From Eledone cirrhosa (lineage: Eukaryota), in the NCBI GenBank assembly GCA_964016885.1, contig OZ024740.1, positions 201,686,001-201,750,000 of the forward strand: 64,000 nucleotides of DNA, given 5' to 3'. The notes under the pieces are model-generated. The model saw nothing but the letters and a program-made list of their open reading frames with translations. It had not been told where the DNA came from and did no database searches. The translations under genes and the position numbers were made by a program. Of the stretch, positions 43,735 to 54,959 are shown piece after piece. Each line of letters opens with the position of its first letter. The first letter of the stretch is position 1.

Positions 43735-43916
43735 ACAGTGAAGTGGCACTATCAGGAGAGGGTTGGACACCATGCTTTCTAGCATAGTTACGTCCCTTTA
43801 CGGTCTGCGTTCAAATCCCGCCGAGGTTAACTTTGCCTTTCATCCTTACGGGGTCGATAAAATAAAGTACCAGTAATGCACTGGGTAATTGCTGGCCTTG
43901 TGCCTAAAGTAGAAAC

Positions 43917-43920
<4 letters not shown>
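43490..43920 (+). mobile_element. Two tandem copies of a tRNA-derived SINE (43490-43680, about 43733-43920); many more copies, e.g. 10528-10752, 22343-22526, 36166-36350, 38590-38728, 39533-39745, 40460-40682, 45545-45722, 55648-55830
   Basis: A-box-like tggcagtattggtagag, B-box gagttcaaatccc and central actttgcctttcatccttacggggtcgataaaataaagtaccag (resembles the Meta-domain / octopus OR-type SINE core as recalled); AT-rich tail. Confidence 0.85.
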
Positions 43921-43981
<61 letters not shown>

Positions 43982-44024
43982 GGAATACTGTTGGCTTTTT
44001 GCTACAATATTTTCTATACCTTTC

Positions 44025-44068
<44 letters not shown>

Positions 44069-44073
<5 letters not shown>

Positions 44074-44870
44074 AAAATTGAATGGGAACAAAACAGAGAG
44101 GCAGTACGAACAAAGGTTTATTAGTTTCACACTCTTGAGAGTGAGGTGGTGGTGGGGAACGACATTTCGGGCATAAGCCCTTCTTCAGGCGAAAAGTGTG
44201 TGGGAAGAGAGTTCCAAGGGTGTGTAGGGGAGTGGGGGAGAGACATTTAGAAAAAAGGGGGTGAGAGGAAACGGTACAAATGAAAGTAAATATAAAAGCA
44301 TAATAAAAATAAACATGAAGTTAAACAAGTGGTGGAAGGGTGTGGGGCGTGTAGGGTGGTGGCGGGTAGAGTGGGGAGAGGGAGGTGGGGTGTCCGAGTG
44401 GGGAGGGCTGAAGGTGGTGTGTGTGTGTGTAGGTGTACGTGTGTGTGTATGTGAGAGTTGGGGGAAGAACGGGGTTGCATGTTCAGGAAAAGGTGTGTGT
44501 GGGGTGGGGTGTAGGTCGGTGTGTGAGCGCGTGCGTGGATGGGGAAGGGTCAGATGGGGGGGGGAGGGTCAGAAGGGGGGGGGGGGGGGTCAGGAGGGGG
44601 GTCAGAGGAGCGGGGTCCCGGAGACTGAGTGTGTAAATATGTGGTGGTACGCACGTGTGTGTTGTGTTTATACGTATTGTGGATGTAGGTGGCGTGTGGG
44701 AAAAAATTTTTTTTGAGTGTATGTCCGTGGATAAGTTCCTAAGGTAGTTCCGTAGAGGATGTGGTGGGATGCCGGATAATTTCCTTGTGATGGAGTTGAT
44801 TCGTGGGAGCGATGTCCAATGTGTGTAATCAGTGGTTGGGTTGGTCGGAAGTGGGGAGAGGTGGGGTATA
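44069..44870 (-). mobile_element. Probable Penelope-like/retroelement 3' remnant with a minimal hammerhead motif at 44161-44188
   Basis: Minus strand gcCTGAAGA a GGGC ttat GCCC GAAA tgtc, followed downstream by AATAAA. Flanked on both sides by TA repeats. Confidence 0.55.
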
Positions 44871-44879
44871 TATATATAT

Positions 44880-45285
44880 CATCATACATCCGCTTTTCCC
44901 TGCTTGCATGGGTGGGACAGGTTTTATTCAGCACAGCATCTCTCCACTTGTCACAGTCCTTCGTCATCTCCACCGTGAGCTTCAGCGATCTGAGGTCTGT
45001 TCTCACCACCTCTGCCCATGTTTTTCGTGGTCTACCTCTACCACGTCTTCCATCAACTGGAATTTCCTGGCACTTCTTCACCCATTGGTCATCCTCCATG
45101 CGCATCACATGCCCATACCACCACAGTCTCCTCTCTCGCACACTACATTCTATCCCTCTCAGACAGAGTTTCTCTCTCAAGACCAAGACATCCATGCTGA
45201 CATTGCACATCCAACGGAGCATGCTTGCCACATTTCTCTCCAGCCGTCGCATATCCTCTGCAGTTGCTGCCCATGTCTCACAGTA
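44880..45285 (-). mobile_element. 3' fragment of a third RTE family, joined to an oppositely oriented RTE 3' UTR (about 45285-45475)
   Basis: ETWAATAEDMRRLERNVASMLRWMC...RERRLWWYGHVMR...GRGRPRKTW in ORF 44668-45303. Confidence 0.85.
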
Positions 45286-45750
45286 AAAAGTTCCCAGTTC
45301 CACACTGTAAATGTGGTTGGTGTTAGGAAGGGCATCCAGCCACAGTAAACCTGCCAGATAGTCCTATATGAGCGAGACATGGTCACCCGACCAACCTTGC
45401 CTCAAGTGGGACAACTCCCGTCTAACACATGCTAGCGTGGAAGATAGACGTTAAACGAAGATGATGATGATGATATATAATATAATATAATATATATATA
45501 ATATAATATAATATAATATAATATATATAATATAATATATATATAATTGTTTCTACTTCTGGCACTAGGCCAGCAATTTACCCAATGTATTACTGGTACT
45601 TTATTTTATTGACCCTGTAAGGATGAAAGGCAAAGTTAACCTCGACGGGATATGAACTCAGATCGTAAAGGGACATAACTACGCTGGAAAGCATGTCTGA
45701 CCCTCTACCAATACTGCCAATTCACATATATATATAATATATATATATAT

Positions 45751-47153
45751 AAGAAATTCCAAACATGGAAGCACGGCCTAGAATCAAAAGGCCTTAAAAT
45801 TAACCTGGCTAAGACTAAAGTTCTAGTTTGTAAGAAAGAAAATAAGGCGGCGGTCCCTTCCGGGAAGTGGCCATGCTCAGTGTGTAGGAAAGGCGTAGGC
45901 AGAAACTCCATTTTGTGTCCCAAATGCAAAGTATGGGTGCATAAAAGATGTAGTGGGATCACAGGTAAGCTAACTAAGAACATAGATTTTACATGTGGCC
46001 GGTGCTCTGGTGCAATAAGTAGCAGCAAGTGCCCACAAATACTAGCTCTTTCAACTGCGTAGAGGGTTCTATAGAAATAGTGGACAGCTTCCGTTACCTG
46101 GGTGACAAAATCAGCAGTGGGGGAGGGTGCTCTGAAAGTACAGTAGCTAGAGTCAGAACTGGATGGAAAAAGTTCAGAGAGTTTATACCACTATTAGCCG
46201 CTAAAGGGTTTTCCCTAAAAATGAAAGCAGGTTATCTGATGCCTGCATACGAACAGCAATGTTGCATGGCAGTGAGACCTGGGCATTGTGTGCAGAGGAT
46301 ATACGCAGACTAGAGAAACGAAGCTTGCATGCTCCGCTGGATGTGTAATAGTAATATACGTGAACGGCAAAGCATAAACGAACTAAGGAAAAAAATAGAA
46401 ATAAGAGGGATCAGATGTTGTTTACTCGAGAGAAGGCTACGTTGGTATGGTCACGTGATGCGCATGAAAGACGATAGCTGTATAACAAAGTGCAGGGCAA
46501 TAAAGATAGACAGTAGCCACGGAATAGGCAGACCCAGAAAAACCTGTTACGAGCTGATAAATTCCGACCTCACACACTTACACCTCACCAAGACAATGTC
46601 ACTGGACCGAGACCTTTGGCGGTACTCAGTAATAGAGAAGACCCACCTTACCTAAATACAAAGTAAAACCTACTACAGTCAGTAGGCATCTCTAACAAAA
46701 TACACCCCCGTCCCACCACCCCCACCCCATCCACACCGCCCCTTTCAATGTAAAGTTATGTTGGTGCCACAACATCCAGGCCGAAACAAATGAGATCGTG
46801 CAAGTGTCACGTCAAAAAACACACAGTTCATACTGTAATGTGGCCGTGTAGGCAACACGGTAAAAACCTCCCAGCCCCACACTGTAAATGTGGTTGGTGT
46901 TAGGAAGGGTATCCAGCTGTAGAAAACCCGCCAGACAGTCCACGCTGTAATGTGGCCGTGTAGGCAACACGGTAAAAACCTCCCAGCCCCACACTGTATA
47001 TGTGGTTGGTGTTAGGAAGGGCATCCAGCTGTAGAAAACCCGCCAGATAGTCCTATGCGAGCAAGATAATCACTCTTGCCTCAAGTGGGAAAACCCCGTC
47101 CAAACCCATGCAAGCGTGGAACACGGACGTTAAACGTTGATGATGATGATGAT
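45751..47153 (+). mobile_element. RTE-clade LINE (subfamily A), 5'-truncated, several frameshifts
   Basis: ORF fragments 45880-46062, 46029-46313 and 46329-46655 match the 61591 copy; (GAT)n tail. Confidence 0.95.
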
Positions 47154-50118
47154 AAATGTAATCTGAGTTTTCCGAATATTAATAATAACATTCGATTCGT
47201 TTGCCATTATGCAAACAAGCCTCAATTTTATAGCCATGTCAGTAGAATGAACACTTCATTCTTGCTCTTGTTTTGGCATTCGAACAGAACTGCAGACACT
47301 AATGTTTCTGGGTATCACCCTTCATCAGTACAGCTCACTGTTCACCTGCCAAACTGTCAGAGCTAGTGAAAATATATGCTATTTTCAAAAATACACAGTG
47401 ACTGATCGGCCTGATTTGCATATTAGCAGACTGGCTGATAATTCAAATCTGCATATTAGCAGATCCACTGATCAACCAGATTTGCATATCAGCAGACTGG
47501 CTTTGCCAAATTCAAATAAAAAAGAAAATTTTGCTCTTCATGGCTGAATACAATAAATGTAATCTGAGTTTTTTTAATATTAATAACATTCGATTCGTTT
47601 GCAACCAAGCTTCAATTTTACAGCCATGTCTTTGTGATTTTTTTTTTTGTGCTCGTCTAGCCGTGTTGTATTCTGTTGCTGTGTAGCGTTGTACATGTGT
47701 GCTCATGTCCATCTTTTTCCATTATTATTAGTTATTATTGGACTACTTTATTTAATCAAAGTTATGGCAAAATCTTTTATTTCAATTTTCAAATGCAGCT
47801 GGGGGGGGGGGGGGGGGCTTTCTTGGTCTGTAGTCTGAAGATGCCTTGTTATTTTTTACACATTTTTCTAGTTCAAATCTACAACCTCACAAAGAAACAT
47901 GGAGTTAATTTAATAGTACCACAGTGAGATAAATTATCTACACATTGCCTGTACAGTTTGTTGACCAAAGCTATACAACAGCAATAGATAGTACAGTATA
48001 TAATGAATTTACTTCAATCTAGACCAGTGGTTCCTAAAGTAGCTTCTGGGGAATTCTAGTGTTCTGTGAAATAATAAAAAATTATTACACAATTTTTTTT
48101 TTTTTTTATATATATATAATAAAGTTAGTTTCTACATAATAAATATTGTTTCATTTAATGTCTTGTTAAAATTAGGATAGGTATTATTAAAAAAATATAG
48201 GAGAGAAAATATCTGCAATATTTTTGAAAAATTATATAAGCGTTAAGTGACAAAATAAATTTGGGCACAACTGCTCTAAACTGTCATAATTTCGTTTCAG
48301 TTAAATTAAAACCTTTCAACATAATTTTATTGAAATATGAATACTTTAAAACAAGCAGTTATATCTGATAAAACCATAGTGGTTTCAGGTTGGTTGCTAT
48401 CAAAAGGGTTAAAATTGTAAATACAAGCAACAATTACAGTTTTAATCATGTCAATATTCTCAGTAACTTTATGCAAGAATTTATCTTTTAACATAATAAA
48501 ATTTGTGTCTTCTTTACTCTTCTAAATTGAAATTCTCTTTAATTACCATATAATTAAATGCCAAAGAGTTTCAGTACAAATTAGAGCATGTATCAATTCT
48601 AAATATCATACACGACACATCAAGAGTTTTAAGGCCATCTTGATTGCTAAAGCAGAGGTTAGCTCTGCAGGACCCTATAACAGGTTTCTCAATTCTAAAT
48701 ATCCAAAATTTAACTATAAATCTTAAGAACTGTTTTCTAGCAGGAAATTAGAATCTATAAAGAAAAAGATAAGGACATTGATATCATCACCATTTTATGT
48801 TTATTTTCTATTTGCACCTTTGATAAGTAGTAGTGCACCTGAGCACTGTATACAATAATTTTCATTATTATAATAATCATAAGCTGGCATCGGTTGGATG
48901 AACCATCACTATCCGAAACCAGACTGGTCAGATAACCATATCTTACTCTCAGGAAAAGAAATAAGCTGATCATCAGATCAGACAAAGGAAACTTTGTTTC
49001 TGTGAGTCTTTCCATTGCTGACACTATATGTTAGTTGCAACCTCTGGTAAAAGCATCACCAATTTTCAAATGACAAGAACTGGCATTTCAACTCAAAATA
49101 CACTACAAAACATCCCATTCCACAGACATATGTACCATTAATATATCAGAGAGCTTCAGCATGACACTGGGAATGATAAGTATAGCCTTTTGAATTAGAT
49201 ACAGTCCATTTCATGGGCTTCAAAACAGTTTCTGTCTACCCAGATTTATTCATAAGGTTTGGGTTCTGACGAGTGTTCTGCTTGATGCCATCAACTGAGA
49301 AAACTGCTTCAGTTGATGTACAAATGTTTTATCATTCCATAGAAATCTGTTTACTTAAAAAAGTTGTATATGTGGTGTGGTAAATACCACATATATAACT
49401 GGTGGTGAGTAGGAAGGTGGTCTTAGAGCCAGATGTCTCCATTTGGGTTGACGTGAGGTTAAGATAAATGACACCCAACTAGCCAGGGACTTTATGATTC
49501 TTAACCCTTTTGTGGACAGAGTATGGTTGAATGTTTAACCTTTTAGCATTTACATTACTCTATATTTACTGTTGTATTTTCACAGTAAAGGCTTTACCTC
49601 ACATAAAATCACATCTATGAGATTTTGATATTATTTATTTTAAGAACAATATCCTAACATCAGTATGAATGGCCAGTTCCAGCCATTTTGAATAGAAAGA
49701 GGTGAGATAATTCTGGCCGGACACAGCCAGTTTAAATAATAAAGGGTTAATATTAATATGGAAATACAATTTCATGATCTTCAACACAGTGTAAGAAGTA
49801 GAGTACAAATGGTTGAATAAAATACAAAGTGCTCTGTTCATCCCCTTTCTCATACAAATAAAAGTAAAGCAACAATAAGCCCAGCCACCTTGTACCAAAT
49901 CCCTGTCACATCATATGACTACCACACTATTATACACAACATACCTTCTACCATACTATCACCTCCTTCACTGTTTAGACACACCCAAATACTTCTTTGG
50001 TTTGAAGCAACAACCCTAATATTAACTTCCTCTACATAAAACATACAAGTGCATTTAGGCCATTATTTATATATATATATATATATCATCATTTTACGTC
50101 CACTCTATATATATATAT

Positions 50119-50151
<33 letters not shown>

Positions 50152-50299
50152 CACACACATACATACATATATATATATATACACACATACATACATACGC
50201 ACACACACACACACGCACACATACACATATATATAAAGAGACAGGGAGGAAGGGAGAGAGATTATATCATCATCACCATTTAAGACACAGCTATGATAT

Positions 50300-50370
<71 letters not shown>

Positions 50371-50375
<5 letters not shown>

Positions 50376-53075
50376 ATAAATGCTCTGAAATAGCGATATA
50401 TATGTGAATATAGACATAGAATATTCGAAAATATTCTGTATGTTTATAATAAACATTTTGAAGACCTAATCGCTATAGAATAGAATACGTCACGTATTAC
50501 AATTAGATTCTCGATAAAAGCAAGGGAAGTAATCTACGCGTTTCATTCTTATTAGAAATCTTCAGGACTACATATCCAGTGCTTTTATCGAGAATGACAC
50601 AGCTAGAGACTTATAGAATACTTAGCTGTGTACAGGAACTGGTTTGAAAGAGCGGTTGCCGGTCCGGCAGAAATTAGAAATTGGAATAAATGCTCTGAAA
50701 TAGCGATATATATGTGAATATAGACATAGAATATTCGAAAATATTCTGTATGTTTATAATAAACATTTTGAAGACCTAATCGCTATAGAATAGAATACGT
50801 CACGTATTACAATTAGATTCTCGATAAAAGCAAGGGAAGTAATCTACGCGTTTCATTCTTATTAGAAATCTTCAGGACTACATATCCAGTGCTTTTATCG
50901 AGAATGACACAGCTAGAGACTTATAGAATACTTAGCTGTGTACAGGAACTGGTTTGAAAGAGCGGTTGCCGGTCCGGCAGAAATTAGAAATTGGAATAAA
51001 TGCTCTGAAATAGCGATATATATGTGAATATAGACATAGAATATTCGAAAATATTCTGTATGTTTATAATAAACATTTTGAAGACCTAATCGCTATAGAA
51101 TAGAATACGTCACGTATTACAATTAGATTCTCGATAAAAGCAAGGGAAGTAATCTACGCGTTTCATTCTTATTAGAAATCTTCAGGACTACATATCCAGT
51201 GCTTTTATCGAGAATGACACAGCTAGAGACTTATAGAATACTTAGCTGTGTACAGGAACTGGTTTGAAAGAGCGGTTGCCGGTCCGGCAGAAATTAGAAA
51301 TTGGAATAAATGCTCTGAAATAGCGATATATATGTGAATATAGACATAGAATATTCGAAAATATTCTGTATGTTTATAATAAACATTTTGAAGACCTAAT
51401 CGCTATAGAATAGAATACGTCACGTATTACAATTAGATTCTCGATAAAAGCAAGGGAAGTAATCTACGCGTTTCATTCTTATTAGAAATCTTCAGGACTA
51501 CATATCCAGTGCTTTTATCGAGAATGACACAGCTAGAGACTTATAGAATACTTAGCTGTGTACAGGAACTGGTTTGAAAGAGCGGTTGCCGGTCCGGCAG
51601 AAATTAGAAATTGGAATAAATGCTCTGAAATAGCGATATATATGTGAATATAGACATAGAATATTCGAAAATATTCTGTATGTTTATAATAAACATTTTG
51701 AAGACCTAATCGCTATAGAATAGAATACGTCACGTATTACAATTAGATTCTCGATAAAAGCAAGGGAAGTAATCTACGCGTTTCATTCTTATTAGAAATC
51801 TTCAGGACTACATATCCAGTGCTTTTATCGAGAATGACACAGCTAGAGACTTATAGAATACTTAGCTGTGTACAGGAACTGGTTTGAAAGAGCGGTTGCC
51901 GGTCCGGCAGAAATTAGAAATTGGAATAAATGCTCTGAAATAGCGATATATATGTGAATATAGACATAGAATATTCGAAAATATTCTGTATGTTTATAAT
52001 AAACATTTTGAAGACCTAATCGCTATAGAATAGAATACGTCACGTATTACAATTAGATTCTCGATAAAAGCAAGGGAAGTAATCTACGCGTTTCATTCTT
52101 ATTAGAAATCTTCAGGACTACATATCCAGTGCTTTTATCGAGAATGACACAGCTAGAGACTTATAGAATACTTAGCTGTGTACAGGAACTGGTTTGAAAG
52201 AGCGGTTGCCGGTCCGGCAGAAATTAGAAATTGGAATAAATGCTCTGAAATAGCGATATATATGTGAATATAGACATAGAATATTCGAAAATATTCTGTA
52301 TGTTTATAATAAACATTTTGAAGACCTAATCGCTATAGAATAGAATACGTCACGTATTACAATTAGATTCTCGATAAAAGCAAGGGAAGTAATCTACGCG
52401 TTTCATTCTTATTAGAAATCTTCAGGACTACATATCCAGTGCTTTTATCGAGAATGACACAGCTAGAGACTTATAGAATACTTAGCTGTGTACAGGAACT
52501 GGTTTGAAAGAGCGGTTGCCGGTCCGGCAGAAATTAGAAATTGGAATAAATGCTCTGAAATAGCGATATATATGTGAATATAGACATAGAATATTCGAAA
52601 ATATTCTGTATGTTTATAATAAACATTTTGAAGACCTAATCGCTATAGAATAGAATACGTCACGTATTACAATTAGATTCTCGATAAAAGCAAGGGAAGT
52701 AATCTACGCGTTTCATTCTTATTAGAAATCTTCAGGACTACATATCCAGTGCTTTTATCGAGAATGACACAGCTAGAGACTTATAGAATACTTAGCTGTG
52801 TACAGGAACTGGTTTGAAAGAGCGGTTGCCGGTCCGGCAGAAATTAGAAATTGGAATAAATGCTCTGAAATAGCGATATATATGTGAATATAGACATAGA
52901 ATATTCGAAAATATTCTGTATGTTTATAATAAACATTTTGAAGACCTAATCGCTATAGAATAGAATACGTCACGTATTACAATTAGATTCTCGATAAAAG
53001 CAAGGGAAGTAATCTACGCGTTTCATTCTTATTAGAAATCTTCAGGACTACATATCCAGTGCTTTTATCGAGAAT
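50371..53075 (-). mobile_element. Tandem array of a 310-bp hammerhead-containing unit (8 full copies + 225 bp); retrozyme / Penelope-pLTR-like
   Basis: Units start at 50371, 50681, 50991, 51301, 51611, 51921, 52231, 52541 and 52851, and are identical by eye. Each has a minus-strand hammerhead motif. No ORF. The left flank is (TA)n. Confidence 0.85.
50507..50595 (-). ncRNA. Type I hammerhead ribozyme motif (first of 9 minus-strand copies, period 310 bp)
   Basis: RNA: AUUCUCGAUAAAAGCA cuggauau GUAGUC CUGAAGA uUUCU aaua AGAAu GAAA CGCG UA/ GAUUAC uucccu UGCUUUUAUCGAGAAU. It has the conserved CUGAnGA and GAAA core, stem I GUAGUC/GAUUAC, a palindromic ACGCGU stem III and a GUA cleavage triplet (predicted cut between 50535 and 50534). 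The first stem II position is U-U (non-canonical). Confidence 0.8.
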
Positions 53076-53079
53076 TTAT

Positions 53080-54058
53080 TTTATTATAAACATACAGAAT
53101 ATTTTCGAATATTCTATGTCTATATTCACATATATATCGCTATTTCAGAGCATTTATTCCAATTTCTAATTTCTGCCGGACCGGCAACCGCTCTTTCAAA
53201 CCAGTTCCTGTACACAGCTAAGTATTCTATAAGTCTCTAGCTGTGTCATTCTCGATAAAAGCACTGGATATGTAGTCCTGAAGATTTCTAATAAGAATGA
53301 AACGCGTAGATTACTTCCCTTGCTTTTATCGAGAATCTAATTGTAATACGTGACGTATTCTATTCTATAGCGATTAGGTCTTCAAAATGTTTATTATAAA
53401 CATACAGAATATTTTCGAATATTCTATGTCTATATTCACATATATATCGCTATTTCAGAGCATTTATTCCAATTTCTAATTTCTGCCGGACCGGCAACCG
53501 CTCTTTCAAACCAGTTCCTGTACACAGCTAAGTATTCTATAAGTCTCTAGCTGTGTCATTCTCGATAAAAGCACTGGATATGTAGTCCTGAAGATTTCTA
53601 ATAAGAATGAAACGCGTAGATTACTTCCCTTGCTTTTATCGAGAATCTAATTGTAATACGTGACGTATTCTATTCTATAGCGATTAGGTCTTCAAAATGT
53701 TTATTATAAACATACAGAATATTTTCGAATATTCTATGTCTATATTCACATATATATCGCTATTTCAGAGCATTTATTCCAATTTCTAATTTCTGCCGGA
53801 CCGGCAACCGCTCTTTCAAACCAGTTCCTGTACACAGCTAAGTATTCTATAAGTCTCTAGCTGTGTCATTCTCGATAAAAGCACTGGATATGTAGTCCTG
53901 AAGATTTCTAATAAGAATGAAACGCGTAGATTACTTCCCTTGCTTTTATCGAGAATCTAATTGTAATACGTGACGTATTCTATTCTATAGCGATTAGGTC
54001 TTCAAAATGTTTATTATAAACATACAGAATATTTTCGAATATTCTATGTCTATATTCA
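53080..54058 (+). mobile_element. Inverted block of the same 310-bp unit (83 bp + 2 full copies + 276 bp)
   Basis: Reverse complement of the forward units; full copies at 53163-53472 and 53473-53782. A 4-nt spacer (ttat) lies at 53076-53079 and the right flank is (TA)n. Confidence 0.9.
53248..53336 (+). ncRNA. Type I hammerhead ribozyme motif (first of 3 plus-strand copies; others at 53558-53646 and 53868-53956)
   Basis: Read directly on the + strand: gtagtc ctgaaga tttctaataagaat gaaa cgcgta gattac, enclosed by attctcgataaaagca/tgcttttatcgagaat. Confidence 0.8.
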
Positions 54059-54928
54059 TATATATATATATATATACATTCCACTGCAAAGTGGTCGTGG
54101 AGGTGCCACGGCAAAAAAGTTCCCAGCACTCACTGTAAATGAGGTTGGTGTTAGGAAGGGCATCCAGCTGTAGAAATCAAGCCAGAATCAGTTCCCGTCC
54201 AACCCTTGCAAGCAGGGAAAAGTGGACGTAAAATGATGGTGATGATGATGATGATGATACACACACATATATATATATATATATACACACATACAAAAAG
54301 AGTGCTCCAAAAGTGTGGTGTCATAAGGTACAAAAGGACACCACTAGGACTTTATTATCTAATTTATTAATTATCAGTTAGTTTATTAGTTACATGTTCA
54401 AATTGTAGAGATGTAAAAACAGATGGAATGTGTGTATGTGTGTGTGTGTATACACGCCTTAATGGTTAAGATGCTTGGTTCACAATTGTAAAGTTGTAAG
54501 TTTGATTCCCCAACTAGGTGTTGCATTGTGTCCTTCAACAGAACAGTTTATTTCATGTTGCTCCAGTCTACTCAGCTGGCAAAAATGAGATGTATCTGTT
54601 AATTCAAGGGTTTAGCCATGTCTCACATTGTGCCATGCTGAATCTCCTTGAGAACTAGGTTAAGTGTGCACGTGTCTGTGCAATGCACAGCCATTTACAC
54701 AATTTCAGGAGCAGCAGTCAATGGTACTGTACTGACTGCTCCTGAAATTGTGTAAATGGCTGTGCATTTGAGTGAGAAAATTTGCTCCGAAAGCATTGCA
54801 TGTGTCCGAAGAACCCACAGTTCTAGAATCAAACAGATCCATACAATGATCGTGTCTCGAGCTATCTGCCGGTGAAACAATTGTAACACACAATAAACTG
54901 AGTCTAGATGCATCACTGATTTTTGTTT

Positions 54929-54959
<31 letters not shown>

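Noticed and set aside
50371-54058. Ordinary satellite, 5S/tRNA/snRNA array or CRISPR array
   Set aside because: No recognisable structural-RNA gene and no spacers; the hammerhead core, TA flanks and internal inversion fit a retro-mobilised ribozyme unit better.
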